A program made the translations under genes and the position numbers. Shown in pieces: positions 13,014 to 24,425 of a stretch of DNA of 64,000 nt. Position 1 is the first letter of the stretch; every line of letters begins with the position of its first letter. The notes beneath the pieces are model-generated. The model ran no database searches. It was given only the letters and a program-made list of their open reading frames with translations, and was not told the DNA's origin. Source of the DNA: Utricularia gibba (Eukaryota; Plantae; Magnoliophyta); NCBI GenBank assembly GCA_002189035.1, contig NEEC01000013.1, positions 1,674,001 to 1,738,000 of the forward strand, given 5' to 3'.

Positions 13014-14643
13014 ATGGCGGAGAAAACGCCATTGCTGTCGAAGGAAGCTGAATCTCTGAGGACCCATGCGAGCAGCTGCTCAGTCAGCGTGCTGAAATGT
13101 GATTTCTTGACTAAATTACCTGAAAATTTGAAGGCCGTTGTGGATCCTGAAGCCCCTTTTCATGTAGACTTGTCTAGAGCATCCGGGTTGGGTTCAGGTG
13201 GTGGTAAATTCGGAGCATTATTTGTGAGTGATGCAGTTCATGGGATGTTACATATTCTGTTTTTCTTACAGGGGAAAGGGAGTATTATGAAAGACAATTT
13301 GAAACCTTGAGATCTTTCGAAGAAGTTGATTCTCTTGAATCACCGGACTTGATTGATGGAGAGTTAGATAATAGAGAGGTGGCGCAGCAGGAGCTAGCGA
13401 TGAATATTTCAAATTGGTGCAATGTCTTTCTTCTTGCATTCAAGGTATTCGATTAAAATATTGGTTGAGTTTTTATGCAGACACTTGTTCTGAATTACTT
13501 GAAAATCTTAGATTTATGCTACTGTGCAAAGTGGGTCACTGGCCATAGCTGCATCTACTCTCGACTCTTTGCTTGATCTAATAGCTGGAGGTATCCTCTG
13601 GCTCACCCACCGATCAATGAAAATTGTCAACATTTACAAATTCCCAATTGGGAAACTGAGGGTCCAACCAGTTGGAATCATCATCTTTGCTGCGATAATG
13701 GCAACTCTCGGTATGCTTTTGTTTTCAAGATGAACTCCACCTAGACACATTTTACGAATCCAGAAATTAACCTTGCCAATGCTATCCTATCAGGCTTTCA
13801 AGTTCTGGTACAAGCAGTACAGCAACTGATTCGAAATGAGACTCCAGAGAAAATGAGCTCAGCGCAGCTTCTCTGGCTATACATCATCATGCTTACTGCA
13901 AGTGGGGTGAAAGGTCTCCTCTGGATTTACTGCAGGAGCTCCAGGAATAGCATTGTTCGTGCTTATGCAAAGGTAGAATAAGCAAATCACCTTGTGCTGA
14001 TTACTCCTTTGACTACTCACATGTGTCTCCTCCAAACAGGATCACTATTTCGATGTGGTGACCAATGTAGTAGGCTTAATAGCTGCTGTGCTTGCTGACA
14101 AATTTTTCTGGTGGATAGACCCTCTCGGAGCAATAGCTCTAGCTCTCTATACAATCACAAACTGGTCTGGAACAGTCCTTGAAAATGCCCGTACGTTCCA
14201 GCTCCTCTTTTACATGTTTCTGCACTTGAATTTCACGCACCCCATCCGTTCTGATATTGAAGTTCTATACTTTTCAAGCTGTATGCTCGTCTCTACATGC
14301 ACTGGTTAACCTTCTTCATGAAACTGCAGTCACGTTAGTCGGACAGTCTGCCCCTCCTGAGGTGCTGCAGAAGCTCACATATCTCGTCCTGCGGCACCAT
14401 CCCAAGATCCAACGTGTTGACACAGTTCGTGCTTACACTTTCGGCGTCCTTTACTTCGTGGAAGTGGACATTCAGCTTCCAGAGGAGTTGCCGTTGATCG
14501 AAGCTCATGCCATCGGAGAATCCCTGCAGATAAAAATCGAGCAGCTGCCGGAAGTCGAACGAGCATTCGTTCACCTGGACTACGAGTGTGAGCACAAGCC
14601 TGAGCACACGGTGCTCAGCCGCCTCCCCAACACTGACCCTTAA
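13014..14643 (+). CDS. MTP8: Metal tolerance protein, Mn-CDF group 8 (MTP8/MTP4-like), 6 exons
   Basis: [36 protein letters not shown] (DxxxD), [13 protein letters not shown], and the C-terminal ZT dimerisation domain ...[15 protein letters not shown]. Confidence 0.93.
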
Positions 14644-15643
14644 GGGCAGCAAACCATCATATCTTCTTCATACACCAGTCGGAAATAAAATGGATAAAAA
14701 ACTTTGGTTTTTTCCATAGTTCATCAATTTATCTTCATCGAAAAATTGCGAAAAAAAAAATTTCACTGGTTACATTTCTTTGTTAAGAGATTTGTTATTT
14801 AACACATAATCAAATACGAATTTTCAAAATCAAAATCGGAATCGAAATCGAGTATATTTTAGATTTATATTACGTTTAAATACGTAATCACGTTTCTAAT
14901 CAAATGAAAGTGTACTTTAGTCATGTAACATGGACATCAAATATCCCCATTATTTATCAAAATGGTGTGTTAAATCACCACTTGTTTAGTGAATATGACA
15001 CGTTTAATTATTATTGATATATCTCCACTATATCATATATATCTAGTTTATAAAATTTGAACACCTTTTTTATATATAATTTGAATACTAAACATAATTA
15101 ATAATCATTATATCAAAAATTAGATAAACTTATCCCATTCTAATCATCGTGTGAGAAAATTCGCTATATATAATATAAATTTTTTAATTTAATATGTGAA
15201 AGAATATATGAATCATCATTTTTCTAAATGATTTATTAAATACACAATCACTTTTCTTATTCAAATGAGAGCTTGTTTCACTAATAATAATAATTATTAT
15301 TATTATTTCTTTTCTTGTAATACATAATAAATGATATTTTTCTAATTATTTTCACGATATTTAAAGTATGAGGGCACTTGTCATCAAGGGGCGTGGTGAT
15401 GATACTTTTCTAGGGAATCAAGATTTGAATTACGTTTCGGCGCCAACGATCTTATTCTATTAAAAGACACGAGATTAATGACGTGGCGACAAATTAGATA
15501 TAAAATAATAAGTTATATTTCAGAAAAATAAATTCGATTTTTGATTAAATAAATCCCTACACCATATTACAACGATTCCATTTTCTTTTCCCTATGTAAA
15601 ACTCTAACACAGCTTGAAATCGCGGCATTTTGTAGGAAGAAAC

Positions 15644-16150
15644 ATGAGAGGGAAGGAGAAAGAAAAGATGTTCGATCTGAACGACGATCCCGGACAAAAC
15701 AGAGACTCCGGCCGCCTCCCGGTGGCTCTCCGATTCACCTGCAACTTCTGCTTCAGGGAGTTTACTTCAGCACAGGCCCTGGGAGGCCACCAGAACGCCC
15801 ACACAATAGAGCGGTTACGGGAGAAGGGGAGACCCGTCGGGGGCCCGGTTCGGCAGACGGGGCTGGATTTGATCCGGAGAACGAGGCAGCAGCTCCGATT
15901 CCGGTACTTCCCTTGGTATCGTGTACCTCGACCCATCTCTATCCGTGCGTTTCCATGGGGGAAAATTCACTTCGGTGAAAAAGAGGCGTCGACCTCGAAG
16001 GGTGAAGAAGAGCTGGTGGCGATCCGCCCCAAGGAGCTCACCTTCCTGCACCGGCCCGCCGGCGCGGAGGAGAAGAATGGGGACGGTTCGGAAGGAATTC
16101 ATGGCGACGATGGTTCGGAAACCGGTTTGGACTTAACCCTTAAACTGTGA
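15644..16150 (+). CDS. Single C2H2 zinc-finger repressor (QALGGH type, ZFP/KNU/SUP-like) with EAR motifs
   Basis: Intronless 168-aa ORF with FTCNFCFREFTSAQALGGHQNAH, N-terminal FDLNDDP (DLNxxP) and C-terminal LDLTLKL. Confidence 0.92.
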   Translation: MRGKEKEKMFDLNDDPGQNRDSGRLPVALRFTCNFCFREFTSAQALGGHQNAHTIERLREKGRPVGGPVRQTGLDLIRRTRQQLRFRYFPWYRVPRPISIRAFPWGKIHFGEKEASTSKGEEELVAIRPKELTFLHRPAGAEEKNGDGSEGIHGDDGSETGLDLTLKL

Positions 16151-16607
16151 AAAAAAAAATTACTGCGTCTATTATCTGCATGTTACCTAAATAAAATATC
16201 AGTAAATAGTTATTTATGATAATAATAATTGACAAACATGAGTTTGTCAAATTGTTTTTCGAGAATTGATTTTAATAAAATGAAATTTCAATTGCTTATA
16301 ATTTATTAAAAACAAGAAACATTTTCAAATTTTTATTTTTTTAGTAAAAATTAATTATGTTTGATAACAAAATTATTTTTTAAAATTGGAATAATCTTAT
16401 TATTCTTATAAATGTCATATTAAGGTACTTTAATTGCCAATGGACATATATACTCTTCAAAAAAATATAATACAAATACATGGTTTTATGGATTCAACTA
16501 CTCGCGGCACTCTCGGGGATCATTCGCTAGCCGTACATCTCGGGGAAGCTGGGGAATCGTTCACTACAAAGGGCGGAAGTCGGCCGCCGTGCCGGAGGCA
16601 TAACAAG

Positions 16608-17620
16608 ATGAGGCCGAAGATTTACTTGTTCGGCGACTCGATCACGGAGCGATCTTTCACGGACGGTGGGTGGGGCGCTGCCCTTGCCAGCCATTTCTCT
16701 AGGAAGGTGGATGTGATGTTGCGAGGCTATAGTGGAAGCAACAGTAAGATGGTTCTTAGGGTAATAGAACAGATCTTTCCGGTGGGTGGTGACGGCGGCG
16801 GCGATCCCTTGGTCGTCACTGTGTTCCTCGGGGCCAACGACGCTGCACTCCCGGATGGATATGCCGCCGATCAACACGTCCCTGTCAACGAGTATAAGCA
16901 AAATCTGCTGGCCATATTCGCCTTTCTCAAGGTAACACACACACTTCTCTGCTTGAGATTGTGTATACGGATGACTACCCGTTTTTGGAGTCTGCTTTGA
17001 AAAAATGTGTGCAGAAGCAATGGCCCTCCACTATCGTCATCTTCATCACTCCTCCTCCAGTCGACGAAGAAGCCCGGATTCGGTACTCTACCCAGCTCTT
17101 TTCTCCGACAAGCATTACTTGATCCCTTGATTGCGCCTTTTCGCAGAAATCCTTCTCGCCCGAATCCCTCTGGTTTGCCAGAGAGGAAGAATGAGGTTAC
17201 AGGGAATTATGCTAAAGAATGCCTTGCAGCTGCTGCAGAAACTGCTTCTCCGGCAATCGATCTATGGACAAAAATGCAGCAGTCCTCCTGCTGGAAAACC
17301 TTCTTGAGGTTGGCTTCCCACTAAACTATCTCTAAAATCTTTTGGAATGCGAGAGCAAGCATCATTTGAAACCCTAGAATACAGCTTGTCCGAACACACC
17401 CACATGAAAATAGTGGGTTTTCAAGGTGTTTGTTATACAGTTTGTGCTTTTAACATACGAGGTTCTTGTCTGGTTGGATTGCAGTGATGGGTTGCATCTG
17501 ACCCCAAGCGGGAACAAGGTGGTGTTTGATGAACTGATATCCAAACTTGTGGAAGCCAGAATCAGCCTCGACAGTGTGCCGAATGATGTTTCACTGTATC
17601 CCCCCATTCCCCATAATTGA
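16608..17620 (+). CDS. GDSL/SGNH esterase (CPRD49/IAH1-like), 4 exons
   Basis: Block I FGDSIT, block II GYSG, block III GANDA, ITPPPVDE and block V SDGLHLT; GT-AG introns. Confidence 0.92.
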
Positions 17621-17724
17621 ACATGGAGTTTGTGTTGTCTGAAATTAGGGTATTCACTCTGTCTCACAACTGCATTTTCAAAGAAATGGAAACAGCCTTC
17701 ATATTCACCTTCATCGCCATAACT

Positions 17725-18679
17725 CATTAAATAAATTTTATCAGATGGGTTGGGCGATCACATGTAAAGTCCAATTACACAATAAACATGAATTACATTA
17801 AAAAAAAATTAAGTTCAACTGATTATTAGTGATACACAATTCATTATATTTGATTATTTCATTTTCATTTTACAATGTGGAATTGCGTATTCTATCACCT
17901 ACTCTCAAGTCAAATTGGTCTTCAATCCGGTTAACACTTGTTTTTTTTTTTTGTGATTGTCGTCTAAGCCCAATGCATCTTCTTGTTGTTTTTTTTTTTT
18001 TTAACTGGACTTCAGACCAATACAAAACCCATTTTGGTCACTCAAGCTGTATCGCAAGGCAAATGCTATGATACCATGTTGAAATTTAGAATCCGATGGG
18101 TCGGACGAGCACACGTGAAGCTTAACTATACAAAAAATACGAATCATAATATAAAAGATTAGATTCAATCAATTACTAGTGCAACACAATTTCTCATTCC
18201 TTCCACTGTGCGGAATGAGTCTATGAGTAAAAAGGGGAGGCAGAGCATTAGAGGAGAGGCTCATTTTTCCTTCATCTTCAAAGAAAGCTTGCCCCTCGCC
18301 ATGGAATAGGATCAGTGTTGGGTTAACTCCATAATGAGCTGATGATTTGCAGGAAGACAACTTCACAGTAGACCCTATGATAGATCCTTGAGCTAAAAGT
18401 GAAGACAATGCAAGATCTAGGGTTATTTTAAAATTATCAATTCAACCAGTAAAACTCTTGAGTTGGAAAGAACTTATGTTAGAACGTCCAACATTCATCA
18501 TACTGTTGAAATTTAGGATTTGATAGATTGAACGAGTACACACGTGAATTCCAAATACACAATAAACGTGGATCACAATAGAAAAGATTTAGATCCAATC
18601 GATTACTTATGATTTATAGTTTCTTATATACTTGACTATTTCATTTTCATTTCTCGATATGGAATTGTGTATTCTAATC
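17725..18679 (-). mobile_element. Degenerate TRIM-like LTR retroelement remnant with three short LTR copies
   Basis: Three related copies at about 17725-17897, 18077-18195 (truncated) and 18504-18679; the latter two start TGTTGAAATTTAG. gctatgatacca (reverse complement of the tRNA-iMet PBS TGGTATCAGAGC, 1 mismatch) lies at 18065-18076. A pyrimidine tract (reverse-strand PPT) follows the first copy. Confidence 0.62.
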
Positions 18680-18960
18680 TATAGAATTGCAATGATGCAG
18701 ACAAGATTGGAACTCCCCCTCTTTATTTCAAGGGCTTTTCTCCTCCAAATTGATTATAATTTTAACTTTTAACATTAAAATTTGTGTATGAAATAAAGAA
18801 TTCGATAGTTATATAAATGAAGTTTAAATACACAAAAAACGTCAATTTATATATCAATCTAATTTTTATTATTTAAGTATAATGAAGTTCATGATTTTTT
18901 AATCAAAATTCATATCAATAAAAAACTAATTTTGAAAAACGTTTTGATATCAAGTTAAAA

Positions 18961-19541
18961 TTAAGGATATGATGGATCATACAAATATACATAAAATCCA
19001 AATATATAAAAAATATAGATCATATATAAAAAATACTAGATAATTATTAAGGATATATAATTTATTATATATTTGATTATTTTATTTTTAAACTCTGATA
19101 TAATTTAATTGTGTTAATACACAAAATACATTAACATTAAACAGTTAAATTAAAAAAAACACAAAAACGAACATCATTTTATTTTTCCGAAAAATAAAAA
19201 AAAAGATTTATATATAGGATGGTGGCCCAGATCTGAATCTATTTGTTGGGGTGTTTTTGTTGATTTGGTTATATACCTTATTTCTATAACCATCCATGGT
19301 ACCTTATATACACATGAATATTTTCCCCTGATTTGAGCAAATCACCAAGAACATATTAAGGATATGATTGATCGTACAAATATATATGAAATCCAAATGT
19401 ACAAAAAAATATAGATCATATGTAAAAAATACTAGATAATTATTAAGGATATATAATTTATTATATATTTGATTATTTTATTTTTAAACTCTGATATAAT
19501 TTAATTGTGTTAATACACAAAATACATTAACATTAAACAGT
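18961..19541. repeat. Near-identical direct repeat of about 185 bp (18961-19145 and 19356-19541)
   Basis: ttaaggatatgatggatcatacaaat...tacattaacattaaacagt occurs twice; the distal ~105 bp look identical. Confidence 0.9.
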
Positions 19542-20407
19542 CAAAAAATTTTAATAGAAAATGATCATTTGTTTCACACACTTGATTAAGGATGGCCGAA
19601 TTTGTAATATGCATCATTGATAAAATGTGTAAGAAAATTTTTGTTGAATGTGTTAGAGAGAATAGAATTATGACCATTTTTGTAAATCACCCTTCAAATC
19701 CTTCCATTGAGGGAAATGTGGAATTGGATTGACATGGATTAAATGATAATCCTTTTAAAATAGGAAAAAAAAATGAATGAATCAAAATTTGATGTTTATT
19801 TTTAAAGGAAAATATAAAAAAATGTTTTTTAAAAGAGGAATTAACTCCTAATTTCTTTTAAGGGATTAAATGCTAGGAATAAAAGAGGAAATAGCATCAA
19901 TTAGTCAGTCACGCCTTTGATGCTACCTACCTACGCAACAAGGGAGGGAATGGGGAAGTCAAGGCGCGTGCTTTGGGGGTGGACCCACATCTTAACCCTC
20001 TCTAATTCATAAAATTTAATTATCTCAAGTTAAACAAACATTTTCTCCTCTTTTCGTTATTTATTTATTGGTGTGTTTGACTTTGGGGTAAAGCTGCTGC
20101 ATTCGATTACTTATTTTTAACATTCATATGGGTAATACATAACTAAGTCACGCACTTTAAAATATTTTGAAAACTACTTTTGTATTCAATAATTAATTAT
20201 ATTATTTCCAAAAAATAATAAATTTAGAAGGGTTTTTACAGTCTTTTTTTATTATATTTAATTGTTTGATATATTTTTATTATTTTGATTCAGGTTTATC
20301 CATTATTTATATAACCATACATGATATCTTATATACACATGAATATTCTCCCCTGATCTGACACTTTCCACGATTTTCTTCTTTTGGTTGTTTCCTGAAA
20401 ACCCTTC

Positions 20408-21448
20408 ATGGCCAACGGCGGCGCTGTTCCTGCTTGCGCTTCGTGCAAGTTTCAGAGGAGAAGGTGCTCCCCATCCTGTCAACTGGCTCCCTATTTCCCT
20501 TCCGATAAACCTCAAACGTTTCTAAACGTGCATCGCCTTTTCGGGGTGGCAAACGTTACCAATACCCTGAACAATCTGAAGAGCAAGTGCGAGAAGGACG
20601 ATGCAATAGTCTCCATGATCTATGAGGCAGAGATGCGGCGGAGGTTTCCCATGTTCGGATGCACGATCATCCTCCATCGACTAGAATGGCAACTGGCTGA
20701 GGCAACCAGAAAACTGCAGTGGGTACAAGCACAGCTAGAGATGCGCAAAAAGAAGATGATCAACAAGAAGGCCAAGATGGCGGGTCCCCGTTGGGATCAT
20801 TGTGAGATCCCACGGTTGCAACCGATCAGTGAACTTACGGATCAGAAGAATACTGATGACGGTGGTCAAAGCAGGTATGCCTTTCAAGTTCAGATTTGCA
20901 GTGACATTATGCTTCTTCTGTGTGAAACAAGTCATCTGGAAAAAGGGGTTTTACCATTTTGCAATCCTTTTCATGATTCTGGGAGTGCTTGCTTCGTTCT
21001 AATAGAAAAAAGTTGAGGTATTTGAAAAGTTTGTTCCCTCTCAGAAGCTCAGGAGTGTGTGTTTCTCGTAACTCCAGTGCTCTAGGTGCTCTAGTTTATC
21101 CTTCATTCTATGTCGCTTCCTCGTTGCCTACACACAATCACGGGCAATGGAAGAGCAATACGCATATTAATTAGAAGTAGAATAATGGGGATTTTGTCGT
21201 TGTAATTTATACTCACCTGTTACCTTCAGTTCTTCCTGTTGAATTCACTGAATTCAGCCTCACTGTGCTTGTAAAACAGCGAGTCTTCTACGCATATTCC
21301 AACCAGAGTACCATTGCAAAGAGAGAAGGGACAGGCTTTTTCACCACGAAGCTCCCCCCGCGGTGGTGGAGTCCCGAGCAGCCACCAGGGGGCGCCGACC
21401 ATCGGAGGTGAAGATGACTCCCGATCTCCACTTATTTCAAAAGGTTGA
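20408..21448 (+). CDS. Class I LOB-domain (LBD) transcription factor, probably 2 exons (20408-20874, 21280-21448)
   Basis: CASCKFQRRRCSPSC (CX2CX6CX3C), FLNVHRLFGVANV block and a leucine-zipper-like segment. The second exon is inferred from phase-compatible GT/AG sites, giving 636 nt including the stop. Confidence 0.85.
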
Positions 21449-22174
21449 TGTTTGCTTATTGACTGCAACTCTTATTTGTTACAAGACTGTTTCAATTTAA
21501 CTAGAATTTATCATTATTTAGATAAATTATATTTTTGTAATATATTTATATTAAATTTAATTCAATTTATTCTATTATAAAAAAAAAGAAATTCAATTCT
21601 ATAAAGTATAAGATAAATTCAACACAATTTTCCTCCTCGAAAACAAAGCTCAGTTGAGAATCTGGATGGATCTCATTTTCGAGTCTGGAGAAGAAAGCCG
21701 ATTGGGAAGATGAAGCCAGTTCAAGGATGCAGTGGTGACTAATGCACAAGACCTGTGGCAAACAATCTGCTGCAACAAATGCACAACATCATATGGACAG
21801 TAGCAGAAGGTGAATGGCAATCCTAAGTTTACCAGGTCATTCACAAAACTAGCATTTTTTTTCACAAACTTCATCTAGAATGATCGGATTTGTAATACAC
21901 TGAAGTTTACCCTTGCTTCGATCAGTACTCCCTTGATTTCTTCCCTTAATCTATTCTAAGAAGCATGTTCAACTGATACAAACTAGGGATCATTTGATAT
22001 TCTGTACATGTTATTGCTCAAGGAGTTCTGAAATCCGTGTCACATATTCAGGAAACTTGGGCAGTAGAGAAATAGCTTGTTTCTATTGCAACACTTACAG
22101 CGTACAGCTACTTGGTAAACGACAGTTGGTATGTGTGGTAATGGATATCTGGTTCATGGGTACCCGGCATGATG

Positions 22175-23849
22175 TTAGTTTTTCCCCAGCTGACCCTTCA
22201 GATATTCAAGAACAGAGAGCCGCTGCAAGAGTTCGGAAGTACAGAAAGATCAGTTGAAGGACACGATGTTACAAACAGATAGATGGGAAATGGAGCAATT
22301 CATTACACGTTGTTGAAGACCGGATTCATTGTTGGTTAATGCCAAAGCATTCAAAATTTTGATGGCCTCTTGAAAACCGGAAACTGCTGCATTCTCATTC
22401 CCCAAGTTTTTATCAATATCTGCGACTTTAGCAAGGGATACAGCTACATCTATCACCTGGGAGATGTTGAAGTAGAAGCAATATCAACGACTACCATAGT
22501 ACAGAATTATAGGAGTTCAGTCTTCAGCATATTTTGAAACTTTAGTATTGCAAATCCTAGTCAATAACTGGTTATAATAGTTTCTACAAGCATAGTAAAG
22601 CTACTTACTTGAGAAGGAATAGTCGAAGCATGCTTCTTGAGAGCATCTTGTCGAACATCCAACGCCTGAGAATAATATGATCTGGCTGCTTCTAAATCCC
22701 CTTCATAGTATCTTAAATCTCCAATTTTGTTCAGGGAAACTGAGAGTGTATGAACAATCTGCAGAGGAGGGATATTAACAGAGGCTTGTTTATGTAGCAC
22801 CGGAGATACAATTCCAAGTAGCTCATGCTCACCTCAAGATTGTCGCTAGGGACTTTTCTTAGGAAATCAGCGCTCTCTTTGAAGTAGCTAATCGCAGAAT
22901 TTGAATCCCCAGTGCTTCGACTAAGGTAAGAGCGAAACCAGGGAAACGTTAAAAGCATAGGTTAGAGCCTTTACAAAATGATAGCATTCGAAAAGCCATT
23001 CTCCAAGAATGAAAAGAGTAAAGGTATAATGTGTTTACCAGCAGTCACCAAGCATCCCCAACACAGCACCTAACTGAGAGCACAACTCGGGAGTATTTCC
23101 AATCCTCTCCAACTGTTCTCTTACATCATCTGCACATATGCTCAGCCTTGACTTTGCACTTTCAAGATTACCAGCGCGAAGTGCCTACCCAAGGAAGTAA
23201 ACTATCAGAACCAAAGTCAATAAAAACTACACCCCCAATACCAAGATTCATTAAAGGTACGGAAAACTTACCCTCATAGCCTGCTGCATCAAAAAAGAAC
23301 CACGTTCGAGTGAGACATCTTCATATATGACTGTTTTATTATCATGATCACTATCCTCTCCGTTAGCTCCAACTTGAGATCTCTTGATCCTCGCATGACC
23401 TTCAATAAACTGATCAACGACAGTCTGCAGGTTCCGATCATCTTCTGTCTTCTCAATGTCAGCACCACACATAGGGCAATCCTTAAACTTTGATATGCAT
23501 ATTCTAGATTTCACAAAAGAATCAGTTTTAACATATTGGACCAAACCCATTTACTAGAATGCTCAATTTAGAAAAGCTTGAGCAATAAATAAGTATTTTT
23601 CTAAAATCCACCTTACTTGCAAAACACATGGGCACAGGGGACGCATTTGATACAATTAAACAGAAGTGCTTGGCAGATCATACAGCTAAAAGGCCCCAAT
23701 TTGAATGTCTGAGAATCATAACCAAAAGGACACTTCGGGGCACCAACCGAGTCATGCACAGAATTTCCATCAGGATGGTTTTCGCTTGTTTTCTTCGCCG
23801 AAGAATCATCAGGCCGAGAAACCTTTACAAAGGGGCATACGGGAGTCAT
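22175..23849 (-). CDS. NCA1: NO CATALASE ACTIVITY 1 (RING + TPR catalase chaperone), 7 exons
   Basis: MTPVCPFVK..., KCPFGYDSQTFKLGPFSCMICQALLF, CPMCGADIE, TPR exons HTLSVSLNKIGDLRYYEGDL and DVAVSLAKVAD, last exon RLSVLEYLKGQLGKN*. Confidence 0.95.
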
Positions 23850-24425
23850 CTTGTTACCCGAGCTGCTGCAATAAGAAAATGGGTTACATTTACTCAAGCC
23901 AACAATGGAAAAACCCAGTACATGAAGCTATAAATGGAAATCAAATTCGAAATATAGGTTCATCCCATCATTCTATCACATCCGACGCGAATCCTAAGAA
24001 AATACTGAATCATGGAAAGAAAAACTTAGAACCCCTACGATTGACACTACAGCAAAGAATCCGATTACAGCATAATCAGGCCTCAAGGAATGATCGCTCG
24101 CAGTATCCCGACCTTCTTCTACTCCCCTTATCGGCAACCAGATCCCACCAAGACAAATTTTTTTTTTTTACTCGCAATCCTGAGTTGTTATTATTTATTT
24201 TTTAAAAAATACGGAAAAATTGAAAATTGATTTTATACCGCAGAGTGTCTTGGTGAAGGAAGAAATCGCGGCCCAGTCCAGCGGGGAAACATCGACCCGG
24301 CGAAGCTCCGTAAAGGATGGGTTTCCCTCAATTTCTTGCCGCGGAGGCTCTCGAATGCGATTCGGCGTTGAACATGATATCAGGAGATCGCTGAAAGTAC
24401 CGGATCTTGCTGGGGAGGATGTTCT

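Noticed and set aside
21226-21468. Minus-strand 80-aa ORF
   Set aside because: Antisense of the inferred LBD exon 2.
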